Assembly: GCF_001194135.2 (NCBI RefSeq)
Contig: NC_069008.1
Location: forward strand, 11,821,963 to 11,866,765
DNA: 44,803 bases
DNA from: Octopus bimaculoides
Taxonomy: Eukaryota
Direction: 5' to 3'
Made by a program: the position numbers and the translations under genes. A model generated the notes under the pieces. That model made no database searches. It was not told the DNA's origin and was given only the letters and a program-made list of their open reading frames with translations. Below are positions 11,497 to 23,049 of the stretch, in pieces. Each line of letters starts with the position of its first letter. The first letter of the stretch is position 1.

Positions 11497-11730
11497 AGCA
11501 TGGAGGCATGTGGCTTAGTGGTTTGGGTGTTGGATTCATGACTAAGATTGTGGTTTTGATTCCTGGACCAGGGAGACACATTGTGTTCTTGAGCAAAACA
11601 CTTCATTTCATGTTGCTCCAGTCCACTCAGCTGGCAAAAATGTGTAACCCTACGTCCTGTCCAGGTGGGGAATATATATGCCGTGGAAACCAGGAAATCA
11701 GCCCTATGAGTTTATATGACTCAGGAAGGA
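11497..11730 (+). mobile_element. tRNA-derived SINE (family 3)
   Basis: A-box tggcttagtgg, B-box-like gttttgattcc, central ttgtgttcttgagcaaaacacttcatttc block also seen inverted at ~17290-17330. Confidence 0.7.
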
Positions 11731-11756
11731 TTTTATTCATATCCTTTTTTTTTTCT

Positions 11757-11914
11757 GTTCTATATTTAAGAGATGTGGAATTATGTACATTATTTACATT
11801 TGACGGACATTTGTCCTCATCTTGTTTGTTGTTAACACAATATTTTGGCTGATATACCCTCCAGCCTTCATCAGGTGTCTTGGGGAAATTTCAAACCTGG
11901 GTTCTCATTCCTAA
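11757..11914 (-). mobile_element. 5'-truncated copy of the Penelope-type tail element with a mutated hammerhead (11834-11879)
   Basis: Reverse complement aligns to 32805-32937 and to the terminal arm at 32603-32682. Confidence 0.8.
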
Positions 11915-12049
11915 AATAGGAAAATAAGAGTGAATATTTATTTTATGAGCTGTGTATTAAGTCTATAAAATTGGGTGCATAAAGTATATAAAGTGCATCA
12001 AGTAATCATTGTATTACAATTTCTTTCAGTTATCAATGAGTAGCAGATG

Positions 12050-13333
12050 AGCGACTTTCTTTTGATACAACACAGGCTATGCTTTCAGGATTTTTGGATA
12101 AAGTTTTCAGACATAACCCAATAGGTTTACCATTAATTCTATGAAATATTCATGGGTCCTATTAGTATTAATGTTTGAAAAGTATGTCCTGTAGATGGCG
12201 TCCTCTTCTACATTTGCATTTTGTCAATCTGCCGTTGAGATTCCCCATCGCTTGGTGCAATATCTCTGTTGATATACCACAAATTTCGTCTTGAATTCTT
12301 TGTTTCAGTTCTTCCAGTGTCCTTGGTTGAGATATGTAGACCCAACTTTTAAAGTAACCCCGCAATTAAAAAAATCACAGACAAATCTGGTGATCTTGGG
12401 GGCCTGTGAATGTCACTGAATCTTGAGATGACACGGTTACTGAACAAATTTTACACAGCTGACATTGATTGTCTTGTAGAGTGTGATGTATCTTCATGAA
12501 GTTGTGGAAAATTATTCAGTGCAGGTGCAACAAAAGATTACAGCATCTCAACATATCGATCCAAAGTGACAGTCGTTGTGATTCCCTCTTCGTTTTTGAA
12601 AAAGTAAGGTCTGGTGACCCCATGTAATGAAACTGCTGTGTAAAGGGTGTTCATGAAGTTCTTTAGGGTTACTGTTTGCCCAATAAGAATAGTTCTATCT
12701 GTGAGATGAAAATAGGCCTCATCTGACATCCACAGTTTGTCCAGAAATTCATTGTTTTTGTTTATATTTTCCATAATTTTTTTCGTCAAAATGGAGAATT
12801 CAACAAATACTCTCTCAGGACAACCTTACTGCAGCTGTTTGCTTATGAGCTGAACAATGTGGGCTCTGTAAGACTGAAACGTGTAGAGCCTTGATATTCT
12901 ATGGTGTATGAACACTTTTTGATCATCCTATTGGTTTCTTTTTCAGAACCGATCAAGTCTCTTCAAGGATTTTAATCTACGTTTTTATAACATGTTTTGA
13001 GGGAACTTGACCATGACACCCTAAATTAAGATGACGTTGGAACTCTGTGCACCCTCCAAACTATTGTCGTTTTTATAAAGCATTTTTATGACAAAAGCAC
13101 ATTATTGACTGTTCCACTGATCCATGATTACTAAGCTGCAAGGTTGTTTCTACATGAAGCTCACTGTACTGCAGTGCTGCCAAATGTACAGTACTACATG
13201 GTTGCCTCTATGCATTTCAGAAGTTGCCATTTTATTTGTTTAATATCTGTCAATCATTTCTTTTTGTCTTGGATTTGAAGTTTTCCTATTTTTGTTGGGT
13301 TTTTCAAAAGTTCCCATTTTTTTGGTTACCCTA
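12050..13333 (-). mobile_element. Decayed IS630-Tc1-mariner transposon (rosa/DD41D-like)
   Basis: MDQWNSQ...AQREFQRH N-terminus, LWMSDEAYFHL, RPYFF...DRYVEML, PPRSPDLS, PRTLEELKQRIQDEI...GRHLQDILFK. One TIR-like end (tagggtaaccaaaaaaatgggaac, minus strand) at ~13333; the other end was not found. Family assignment is tentative. Confidence 0.8.
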
Positions 13334-13399
13334 TACTTATAATTTCATTAAAAACTGTGGGGTGATAATCACTAATGTTTGCACATGTAATGTCTCTTA

Positions 13400-13570
13400 T
13401 TAACGCATATCACCAGTCAAAATACTTGGCAGTGTTTCATCTGTCTTTATGTTCTGAGTTATGTTCCACCAAGGTCAACTTTGTCTTTCATCCTTGAGTA
13501 CTGGGGTCAATGTAATCGACTTACTCCCTCCCCTGAAATTGAAGGCCTTGTGTCAAAATTTGAAACTATT
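13400..13570 (+). mobile_element. Family-2 SINE, 5'-degraded
   Basis: gttctgagtt...aggtcaactttgtctttcatcc...ctggggtcaatgtaatcgacttactccctccccc. Confidence 0.7.
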
Positions 13571-14043
13571 ATTAACAAATATCATAAACTGACTTATATT
13601 AGTCATGTTTTTGTTACCCTTGTTATTTTTCCCATTTGTCTTTTCTTTGTTCATTGATAAGTTTCTTTTTGTTTCATATGTTTATACTTTTTCTCTTTTA
13701 TTTCCAGAAAACCAGATGATATTGTCGTTAAAGATTATCAGTCATTTATCAAGATTGAAAGAAAATGTTATGCAGAACTCATACAGAACCAGGTTTATAT
13801 AAATCTATGGTAAAATCACTGTGAAATATTTCCTCTGACTGACAATGTTTAGCAAAGTTTCTCCGTTTCACAGTCTGGAACATGTGCAAGATGACATTGC
13901 ATTCTCATTAAGCTTGGATTACTAAGGAGTTTGTCACATCTTCAGATATTGACTAAGATTACAGAATAAATATTTGTTAGGAATAAAAATTCTAAATCAA
14001 GAAAAAAAGAGAAGCATCTGTATATTTTGATGACAGAAAGAAA

Positions 14044-15144
14044 ATGATGGCAAATGAATTGTGTGAAGACACTTTTAAGTGTAAATCAGACTCTAAAAGA
14101 AATGATTTTACTGAAGAAATATTACCTAAAATAGAAAAAATACCATATCACTGTGATAGCTGTAAAAAGTCATTTTTAAAAAAAGGTAACCTTATTGCTC
14201 ACAAATGTACTGGAAAGAAACCATATGACTGCAATATCTGTGGTAAATCAATCTCTCGCAGAGGAAACTTAACTAAACACAAACAAATTCATGCAGGAAA
14301 AAAACCATTTCATTGTAATATCTGTGGTAAGTCATTCTCTGCGAATAGTCACTTAACTGCACACAAACGCGTTCATACAGGGGAGAAACCATATCACTGT
14401 GATATCTGTGATAAGTCATTCTCTGAAAGCGGTCCCTTAACTAGACATAAGTGTATTCATACAGGAGAAAAACCATATCAGTGCAATATCTGTGGCAAGT
14501 CGTTCTCTGTAAGTAGTCACTTAACTACTCACAAACACACTCATACAGGATCGAAACCCTATCACTGTGATATCTGTGGCAAATCTTTTTCTGTAAGTAG
14601 TCACTTAACTAGACACAAACGTATTCACACAGGAGAGAAACCATATAACTGTGATATCTGCGGTAAATCGTTTACTGAATCTGGTCAATTAATTAAACAC
14701 ATACGCACTCATACAGGAGAAAAGCCATACAACTGCGATATCTGTGGTGAATCATTTCCTCGAATTGATTGCTTAACTACTCATATACACATGCATACAG
14801 GAGGAAAGCCATTTCAGTGTGATGTCTGTGGTAAATCATTCTCTGTAAAAAGTAACTTAACTAAACACAAACACGTTCATACAGGAGAGAAACCATATTA
14901 CTGTGATATCTGTGGCACATCATTCTCTGATGGAAGGACCTTAACTATACATAAACGTATCCATACAGGAGAGAAGCCATATGACTGTGATATCTGTGGT
15001 AAATCATTTTCCGTAAGTAGTAGCTTAGCTAGACACAAACGTATTCATACAGGAGAGAAGCTACATCACTGTGATATCTGCAGCAAGTCATTCTGTCAAA
15101 AAACACAATTAACTACACATTTATCTAAGCATACAAACAAATAA
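14044..15144 (+). CDS. Multi-finger C2H2 zinc-finger protein ZNF-B (366 aa, 11 complete fingers plus one degenerate first finger)
   Basis: Intact ORF from ATG with TGEKPY-linked fingers. Putative acceptor ttctcttttatttccag| ends at 13707, giving a ~336-nt leader in the same exon. Confidence 0.93.
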   Translation: MMANELCEDTFKCKSDSKRNDFTEEILPKIEKIPYHCDSCKKSFLKKGNLIAHKCTGKKPYDCNICGKSISRRGNLTKHKQIHAGKKPFHCNICGKSFSANSHLTAHKRVHTGEKPYHCDICDKSFSESGPLTRHKCIHTGEKPYQCNICGKSFSVSSHLTTHKHTHTGSKPYHCDICGKSFSVSSHLTRHKRIHTGEKPYNCDICGKSFTESGQLIKHIRTHTGEKPYNCDICGESFPRIDCLTTHIHMHTGGKPFQCDVCGKSFSVKSNLTKHKHVHTGEKPYYCDICGTSFSDGRTLTIHKRIHTGEKPYDCDICGKSFSVSSSLARHKRIHTGEKLHHCDICSKSFCQKTQLTTHLSKHTNK

Positions 15145-15879
15145 CTGTATCATTGACATAAGTCATTTGATGAAAGAAAAATCGTATACAACAGTTGATG
15201 TTATCACACATGAAATAAGCTACTACTGTATCATACTTTCTGTGTGAACACCTCCTAACACTCTATTTTATGCATCCATGTTTATATCTACATTAGTGAC
15301 ATTTCTATTTTGCTATTTTTAATAAAAATTATTATTTCAGAATACTCATATATATTCCATCTAACATACTTCCTGAAGTATGAAAATTTAGACTGTAGAT
15401 AATAGAAGAGGTGTTTTCTCATACATCAGTAATTACATTTTAGAAATTACATAAACCATAAAAGAAAATATTTCATCATATCTTAGCAGAATGTTGTGTA
15501 ATATATATATATATATATATATATTCACCATGATAGATCGCTAGCCACTATACATTCTTTATTTTCTCTCCTTGTTTCTTTCTGTGTTCTTTTCTGTGGA
15601 AGAGCGTAGGCTTGAAACATTAAAGACTTTTTCACTTCCCGAGCGTTAAATTAATACATCCATTTGTTGTCTACACCACCTGCCTTTGTCTTTTGTGTTT
15701 TTGTGAATTCTCCCTATATATATATTGGTGCCTTGTTGTACCACTCATCTGAATTTATATATATATATATATTCTGGATCTTATATACATTTCTTCATGT
15801 ATGTCATGTATATTCAAGTGTGAAGTTTATTGCATATATTTCATTATTGAAATAATTCTGTTGATTGTGAAATTTATCA

Positions 15880-16460
15880 TCATCATCATCATCATCTACA
15901 TTCCATGCTGGCCTGGGTTAAATGGTTTGACTGAAGCTGGTAAGCCAGAGAGCTGCACCAGGTTCCAGTCTGATTTGGCATGGTTTCTATGGCCAGATGC
16001 CCTTCTTAATGCCAACCACTCCAAGAGTGTAATGGGTGCTTTGTACATACCACTGGTATGGGGGTCAGTTACACCGGCATTGGCCACAACGATGATTTCA
16101 CTTGATGGGTTTTCTCAAGCATGGCATACCACCGAAGTTCTTAATCATTATCATTGCCTCCATGAGGCTCAATGTTTGAAAGCTGCTTTTTATGTGGCAG
16201 TTACATGACACTGGTATTGGCCATGACTATAATTTCACTTGGCTTGATGGGTTTTCTCAAGCATGGCAAATCACTAGTCATTGCCTCCACGGGGCTCAAT
16301 GCTTGAAGGGTGCTTTTTACATGCCACTGGTATGGGTGCCAGTTATGTGACACTGACATCAGCCATGACTACGATTTCACTTGGCTTGACAGGTCTTCTC
16401 AAGCACAGCATATCGCTGAAGGTCTCAGTCACTTATCATTGCCTCTGTGAGGCCCAACAT
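15880..16460 (-). mobile_element. Non-autonomous retroelement 3' end with (GAT)n tail and three internal ~125-150-bp tandem units
   Basis: (CAT)n at ~15880 followed by three copies of ...gatttcacttg...ttctcaagca...cattgcctc..gaggc.caa..ttgaa. Confidence 0.65.
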
Positions 16461-17084
16461 TTGAAGATCATGCTTCATAATTTCTTTCCATTATGTCCCA
16501 AACAAGGTGAGAAGTCACTTAGTGTAAGGGATTCCTTTTTCATGGTCCCTTACCTCAAGTGGTTCTTTACCTTGTTTGGGACTTCCTTATAAAAAATAAT
16601 TAAAATATGATTCTCTCATGATTTGATGGTTGTGCTAAATGTTAATTTGCAAATGTCAATGTAGTCTTAACCCTTTAGCACTTAAATTGGTTATATCCAG
16701 CCATATCTGCCCTTCCAAATGCCAACCACTTTACAGTGTGGACTGGATGATTTTTAAGTGGCACCAGCTTTGGCAGGGTCACCAAGTAACTTTGCAAGAC
16801 AAGGAATTTTGAGAGGAGAGGAAGTGATCTTGTGTCAGATGATGAGAAGTTAGTATAACAAAGGGACAGAGACAGGTGTCTTGCAGTTACCCAACCAGAG
16901 AAAGAGAGAGAGTAAACGAGAAAGAAGGCAGGACAACTGCACAAATATCAATTTGGCTGCCAATAATGTTGTGAAATAGAAACCCATAACAAATGACCAA
17001 TTTGTCCAGAAAGGTATGACATATCTTAAAAGAAAATCATAAACATAAATTTTTGTAGTTATAAAGGGTAAAGACTCTTTTGGT

Positions 17085-17395
17085 CATGAATGACTATAGG
17101 ATTGCACCTAGAAAGTTACCCTCCGAGGCATAAGTCCAGGCAAAGTTTTGGGAAGACCAACAGTCTCTCATGCATACCAGCCTCCCCTCTCCACACCACT
17201 AATATTATCCAAGGGAAAGGCAAAGGCTGATACAGTTTGGCACTATTAACATTGCAACTCATTTCTACAGCTGAATGAACTGGAACAACATGAAATAAAG
17301 TGTCTTGCTCAAGAACACAACACACAGCCTGGTCCAGAAATCGAACTCCCTGCTTCATGTTAGTGAGCCCAGCACTCTAACCATTGAACCTAGTG
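17085..17395 (-). mobile_element. tRNA-headed SINE with LINE-like 3' tail (partial tail copy at ~23560-23635)
   Basis: Reverse-strand head ggttcaatggttagagtgctgggctcactaac...gagttcgatttc; shares the family-3 core block; tail gtcatgaatgac...ttgcacctagaaagttac. Confidence 0.7.
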
Positions 17396-17623
17396 CCTTC
17401 AGTGTTAATTCATTACTCATAGATATTTATTTCTACTGTACATATATTAACATATAGCCTTAATGCAGCAAAATTGGATTATTTTCAAAGTTGTAGTCAC
17501 TATGTTTATAAACAATTTTATACAGACACTGTATTCAGTCACAAGTGTTAAGAAGTGAAACATGGTGTATTGATGCTAGTGGGTGGATGGATAGGGTTAA
17601 TTTAGATTGTTATTTCACAAAAT

Positions 17624-18813
17624 CAAAGGGCCAGCTGAAAAGTTCATAGGTTGGTCAAAATATTCTCATAGGATGTGATCAAATGAAATTCAGTTTCCAA
17701 CATATTCCCACTTGCAGTTCACACACTTCTTACATCGGTGTCACAGTAATTGGATCCCATTAGCAAAGAAGTTTTTATCCTGTTGCTCAAAAAATGTCAC
17801 TAACAGCAGATTTGACATCATCATCATCATCACTGCAATACTGATACCCAACCAAGTGTCTTTTCATGTTGGAGATCAGTTCAAAGCTAGAGTCACACAC
17901 AGCAGCCATTGGAAGCAAAGAATTGTGTACTGGAGCATTACCCTGATGAAACAGCACTTCTTTCATTAGTTTTCCTGGGCATTTGGTCCTGATAGCCTTT
18001 TGTAACTGCCTCAGCAAGTTGATAGAGTAATCTCCATTGATGATGTGGGTCTTTTGAAGATAATCAATAAACAGAATGCTTTTTGTATTCCCAAAAACTG
18101 AGGTCATCACCTTCCCTGCAGATAAAACGACCTTTGGAGCAGGTGAAGAGGGGTGTTTTGACTGCATGGATTGTCTCTTTGTCTCTGGCTCAAAGTGATG
18201 AGTTAGGAAATGTTGAAAGAAACCAGCCAGATCTGCCTGAAACAATGCTAGATTTTTCTGTAATGTGAGAGGCTTGGTGTACTTTTGATCAGATGTCAAA
18301 AGAGACACCTGATCAAGACTGTACCAAACGTGGCACCCACCAAGCAGAAACTTTTGTCATGCCAAGTTCATTGTGCAGAATATTCTCAACTCTCTCATGG
18401 GGCATACTAATAGCATTGGCTATTTGATTTGTAGTCAATTGACTGTCATCCACCACCATGTGGTGAACACGATCAATGTTTTCTTCAGTGTTGAGAGTTG
18501 CAGAACGTCCAGACGTTGAGTTATTTTCAACACTTTCCCTTCCCCTCCAAAATTCAGCTGCCCCCCTTTTGCACTGTCGATAAAGCTGGAGCATTATCCC
18601 CTAATGTAGCAACCAAGTCAGCATGAATATTCTTAGGGGCTGTCTATTTTCAAGTGAAGTCGCTACTAGTTACTTTTGAAGTCTTCTTTGAACAGTCAGA
18701 TGTAAGTATGTCTGGAAAGGAACAATGCAGTTATTAATAAGGTTTGAAATGAATGCATGCAAAATTTCACAGCTGTGGCATACTAAGCCTATGAACTTTT
18801 CAGTCTACTCCCG
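17624..18813 (-). mobile_element. Decayed mariner (DD34D-type) transposon
   Basis: TIR cores ctgaaaagttcatagg at 17635 and inverted at ~18788-18803, TA at 18814-15; WVPRL, SAGKVM(A)SVF, YLQK...INGDY and LFHQ(D)NAP motifs. Confidence 0.9.
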
Positions 18814-18899
18814 TAAAACATCTGACCATGGCTTGTGCTGACACGTACTAAAGTTTGTGTATGAGTATGTGTGCGTGAAGAAGATGAAAAATATAATTG

Positions 18900-18972
18900 T
18901 AACATCGCCTGCGAGATTCGAATGCTGCATCTGTTCTAAACAGTATTGTTATGTTAACCACTACACCAAAAC
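18900..18972 (-). pseudogene. Decayed tRNA-like sequence (tRNA pseudogene or isolated SINE head)
   Basis: A-box tggtgtagtggtt and B-box-like cattcgaatctc at tRNA spacing; acceptor and T stems no longer pair. Confidence 0.45.
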
Positions 18973-19605
18973 GTTGTCTATCACTTTTGCCCCACCCCCT
19001 TAAATTAGCAAACTTAAACTAAGTATCTACTCTACCATACTAGTGGCCTTTAAATGGGGTCCTAATCTCCACCGGGGTGGGGAGGTCATAGACGCTGGTA
19101 TGTTTGTATGGTTATGAAATCTCATTAGAGCTGTTGATTGAAGTTTCTGAACTCAGGAAACTTTTAGAAAATGCAGAATGAAATGAATCTGGTCTTCTAA
19201 AGGCAAGCTATGAAAGTGTCGAATAAGCAAAAAAGAACCTTCCCGACAAAAAGAAAAAGGAACAGGGGAGATAAATCCAATGTAAAGCCCCTATTATTCG
19301 TTACTCCGATTCACTTCTGTACCACTTCCTCTTACTATTATATTACTTGCTTCCCCTCCAGTCCACTCTAGAAGCATTACTGTCAGTAATTACTCAGGCT
19401 AGGCAGTTGGTGTTCTTTATGTTGTAAAATATCATCAAAAGATTTGTCAGTATATAAAAGTATAAAAAGGAGCGCCAGATAGTTAAAAAGTCTACTTCTT
19501 AATTATGTAAGAACGACCGTGCGAACCAAAGGAGAAATGGTGACGAATGGAAAACAGGCTCCTTTTTTAACGCGTCACACAGTCGACACAAAATATAATG
19601 ATATA

Positions 19606-20456
19606 TGTTATAATACTATAACATAGAGAATTCGCATGTGGAATGCAAAGGTATTCCAGTAAGGAAAACGATATTGACTCAACCAATAAAGATGTATAAC
19701 AGTAAGATTTATTGGAGCATTAAACTGTATGTCTGTGTGTGTGTGAATGCGACATAATAAAACACAATATAAGACAGGCCGTCATGTAAACAAAAGAGTG
19801 TGTATACAAATATATGTATGTGAATGCAAGAGATACAAAGCATAGAAAGAGTCTGTAACACAGGATAATAAGATACCATTTCTGTTAAGGTACACAGTAG
19901 ATTTGTAGGTCTGTATATAAGAGGTTATGGTTAAGGCAGAGCTAAGTCACTTGTCGTGATGTTGAGGCTTCAATGCCGGGCCGGATTCTTGATACAGATG
20001 TTCTTCGCAGGCTGGGTTCTGGCTGTTAATTTTGTGGTGAGGCGATTCACACAAACAGGGTTAAGAAGAGAAACTGCGGTTGCTTGTGTACTTGGAGAAA
20101 GCATGTTGACGCTGGCGACGTTGGGTAGTACGTAGTTGAACAATGCTGGTGATGTCGCTGGAACTGGTTGGTTGGTGCTGTGTTACGCGTGTGGTCAACG
20201 ACCAGATCTGTGAGGATCTGAGCCGCGACAAATTTGGCGCGGATAATTTAGGCTATTTATAGGTGCAGATAGGCTACAGAGAGCATCAGTAAAACACTCT
20301 CTCATGTGACCTTATTAGAGGCTACGGTTGGTCGGTTTGTGTCCTGGCGCGAACAGACTGGAGACAATTGCCGCTCCAATAAAAGTCAGTCAGGTGATGA
20401 CACAGCAGGCGGGAAAGAATTGTTCTCTGCTACACTCGCATTTGTAATATATAACC
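19606..20456 (-). mobile_element. LTR-like block (possible solo LTR)
   Basis: CpG-richer ~850 bp with a minus-strand TATA box (cctataaatag, 20253-20263), a downstream AATAAA (19708-19713) and TG...CA-like candidate ends; no TSD found. Confidence 0.45.
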
Positions 20457-20479
20457 GTGAGAGAGGTAGTTTTACTACA

Positions 20480-21250
20480 ATTATATTAACCTATTTGTAC
20501 AGGAAATCCATTCTTCTCTCTTTCTTTGTAGCAAAGATATCAGTCATTTCGTAGAAATTGAAAGTAGGGTCTTGCTCCATTTTGGTAAGTCTTTGCGATA
20601 TTAAAGCAAGTGACGAAAGTCTTTGATTTGTCATTCTGTTCCTAGTGTAGCTCTTATTTCTTTTCTGTTTCTTTGTTGCCCACAATGGCCCAACACAGAG
20701 GGGACAACACAAAGACATGTGGGGACACATAACAAATAAAGAAAAGCGTATGTTATAATGAATGATAAGATGAAGATGAGAAATGAAATGAAGTTTCCTC
20801 AGCCCCATCTCTGAGTTGCTTTAATTTTTACCTCTGTTCATATTTTTCTTTTTGAACCCGGTGCCTTCTAAAATATTCACTCTGTACTCCTTCAGGAGAA
20901 ACATGTAGTTTATATGCCCTGGCAAATTTTGAATGTCCAGATCGACTTGCCATATTGTAAATCCTTTTTTGAATTTTTAAAATTTTCTCCCTTTGGTTCT
21001 CGTCCAACAACAGGCAGCAATGCCACCCTTGCACATTGTCGAACTTGCGAGTGTCCACCGCTCTAATGTTCTTCCACTTTTTTATTTCTTCACACAAATT
21101 TTAATTTGTGTTATCATACATCATTACTACAATTTAGAAAGATCCCATCTATTTACTAAATTTGAAAACTTTCCCTTTAACTCAAAATTTCAAAAACTGA
21201 AAGCAACGGAAAAGATCTTCAAAATTCCCTGAAAATCAAAATGGTCGTTC
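20480..21250 (-). mobile_element. Internally deleted hAT-like transposon remnant
   Basis: Minus strand encodes KSYTRNRMTNQRLSSLALIS...FYEMTDIFATKKERRMDF, resembling the hAT C-terminal dimerisation domain; boundaries uncertain. Confidence 0.6.
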
Positions 21251-21544
21251 TCCTTCATGAACAAAATTAACAACGGTTATTCAAATAATACACACACACA
21301 TATATATATATATGCGTACAGATATATATTATACATATGTATATACATATGTGTATGTAATGTGTGTGTGTGTATGTGTGATGTAAATATAAAGTATATA
21401 TGTTATTACATCATAGGTGATTATGACATCACAGTAAAACTTTCCTACTTCTTTCTGCTACTTTCGAGATTTGTGTTGCGATATCATTCTGCTAGCTGAA
21501 CTTTTCCCCAATTTATCGATCTTGTATAGATCATTTAACCTTAA

Positions 21545-21731
21545 CCCTTAGAACCTGAAATGACGGTGCATCGCCACTCCACCTGTCTTCATTTTCACCA
21601 TTTTGTACTCTTGGGTTGTGAAACAAGCATGTCTTTCAGCATATATTCTAAAATCAAACAATTTTCAGTGAAACTCCCTGGGAGCTTAGGATGGTGCATT
21701 CAATTCCTGTGGGTATTTAGGGTTCAAAGGG
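21545..21731. mobile_element. piggyBac-type MITE with TTAA target-site duplication
   Basis: ttaa|cccttagaacct ... gggttcaaaggg|ttaa. Confidence 0.8.
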
Positions 21732-21999
21732 TTAATACCTTAGTTTTTTTCTACTCTTTCCGTCCTTTTTATTAATTTTTTTGTTTTCTTTTTCAGTTCC
21801 TACACTTCTCCGTTTGTATCTTTTGGATTGATCGAGCAATCGATTATTGATCTCCCAAATCAAATCAATCCATTTTATTTTAAACTAACAGATTTTCTTT
21901 CTTACTTGACTCCTGCTTATGTTATTTTTCGGTTCTAGATTTGTATTTTAAAGTAGTTTTCTATTTATCATATGTCTATGTATCATAGACATATTCTTT

Positions 22000-22430
22000 T
22001 ACTAGTTTCAGTCATTTGACTGCAGCCATGCTGGAGCACCACTCGGAACCATGTGGTTGGGAAGCAAGCTTCTAACCGTACAGCCATGTTCAGTTTATCA
22101 ATAACGTTATCAGTCTATTAATATTGTTTTCTTTTGCCTTCCTTTTCTCTACTCCCTCACCTTTTCCCTTCTCACTCTCTTTCTCTCCTTATAGTTAAGT
22201 GTGTTTCCTTTGATTATGCATATTGTTTTCAAATTTTGGTACGAGGCTAGCAATTTCGGGGAGGAGTTAAGTCAATTACATCGACCTCAGTACTCAACTG
22301 ATACTTATTTTATCGACCCTGAGAGGATGAAACACAAATTCGACTTCGGCAGCACTTGAACTCAGAACGCAAAGACAGACGAAATGTCGCTAAGCATTTT
22401 ATCCAGAGTGCTAATGATTCTACCACCTTA
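22000..22430 (-). mobile_element. Internally deleted family-1 SINE (~22000-22090) and family-2 SINE (~22225-22430)
   Basis: Direct similarity to the other copies in this window. Confidence 0.75.
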
Positions 22431-23049
22431 TTTAATTATGCATATTAATTCATTGATTTAAACTGATCCCTATATATGTTTGATTTTTAATTACCTTTAT
22501 CAGCCTACTGTTTAATTTTTTCTTTCTATGTTGAGTGTATTTTAGGGATTGTTTCTGTAAGTTTTATATTTTGTGTTTCTGTGTCTGAAATAATGCATTC
22601 ACCTCCGTTTATTCTCTGTATTGCCTTCATCTTTTACACATGTTATTCCCCTACTTCATTCACCTCCATTTTCTGTTAAATTGTTGTTAAATGTGTTATC
22701 ATCACCTGTGAATTTGTCTTTGTTAAATGTATCGCTGTCTTTGCCATCGTTTCCAGCAAATTTATCATTGTTCAATGTGTCACTGTCTGTACCATCCTTA
22801 CCTAATATATATTATAAGCTGGCTCATTACTTATATTTTCAGGGCTCCTCCTCTCTACACTATCCCTAAGATACATGCTAAACCAAAGAGACAGTTCGAG
22901 AAGAAACAGCAGCCATCTCCGATCCCAAAACACATCAAGAAAAAAAGTTATAAGTTTTAACCCAGTAGACACCGTCTACTACATTCCTACTTTGACCCTC
23001 ATCCATAATATTAAGGCAACACCGATGATTTTCTTGGACCATGACTTAA

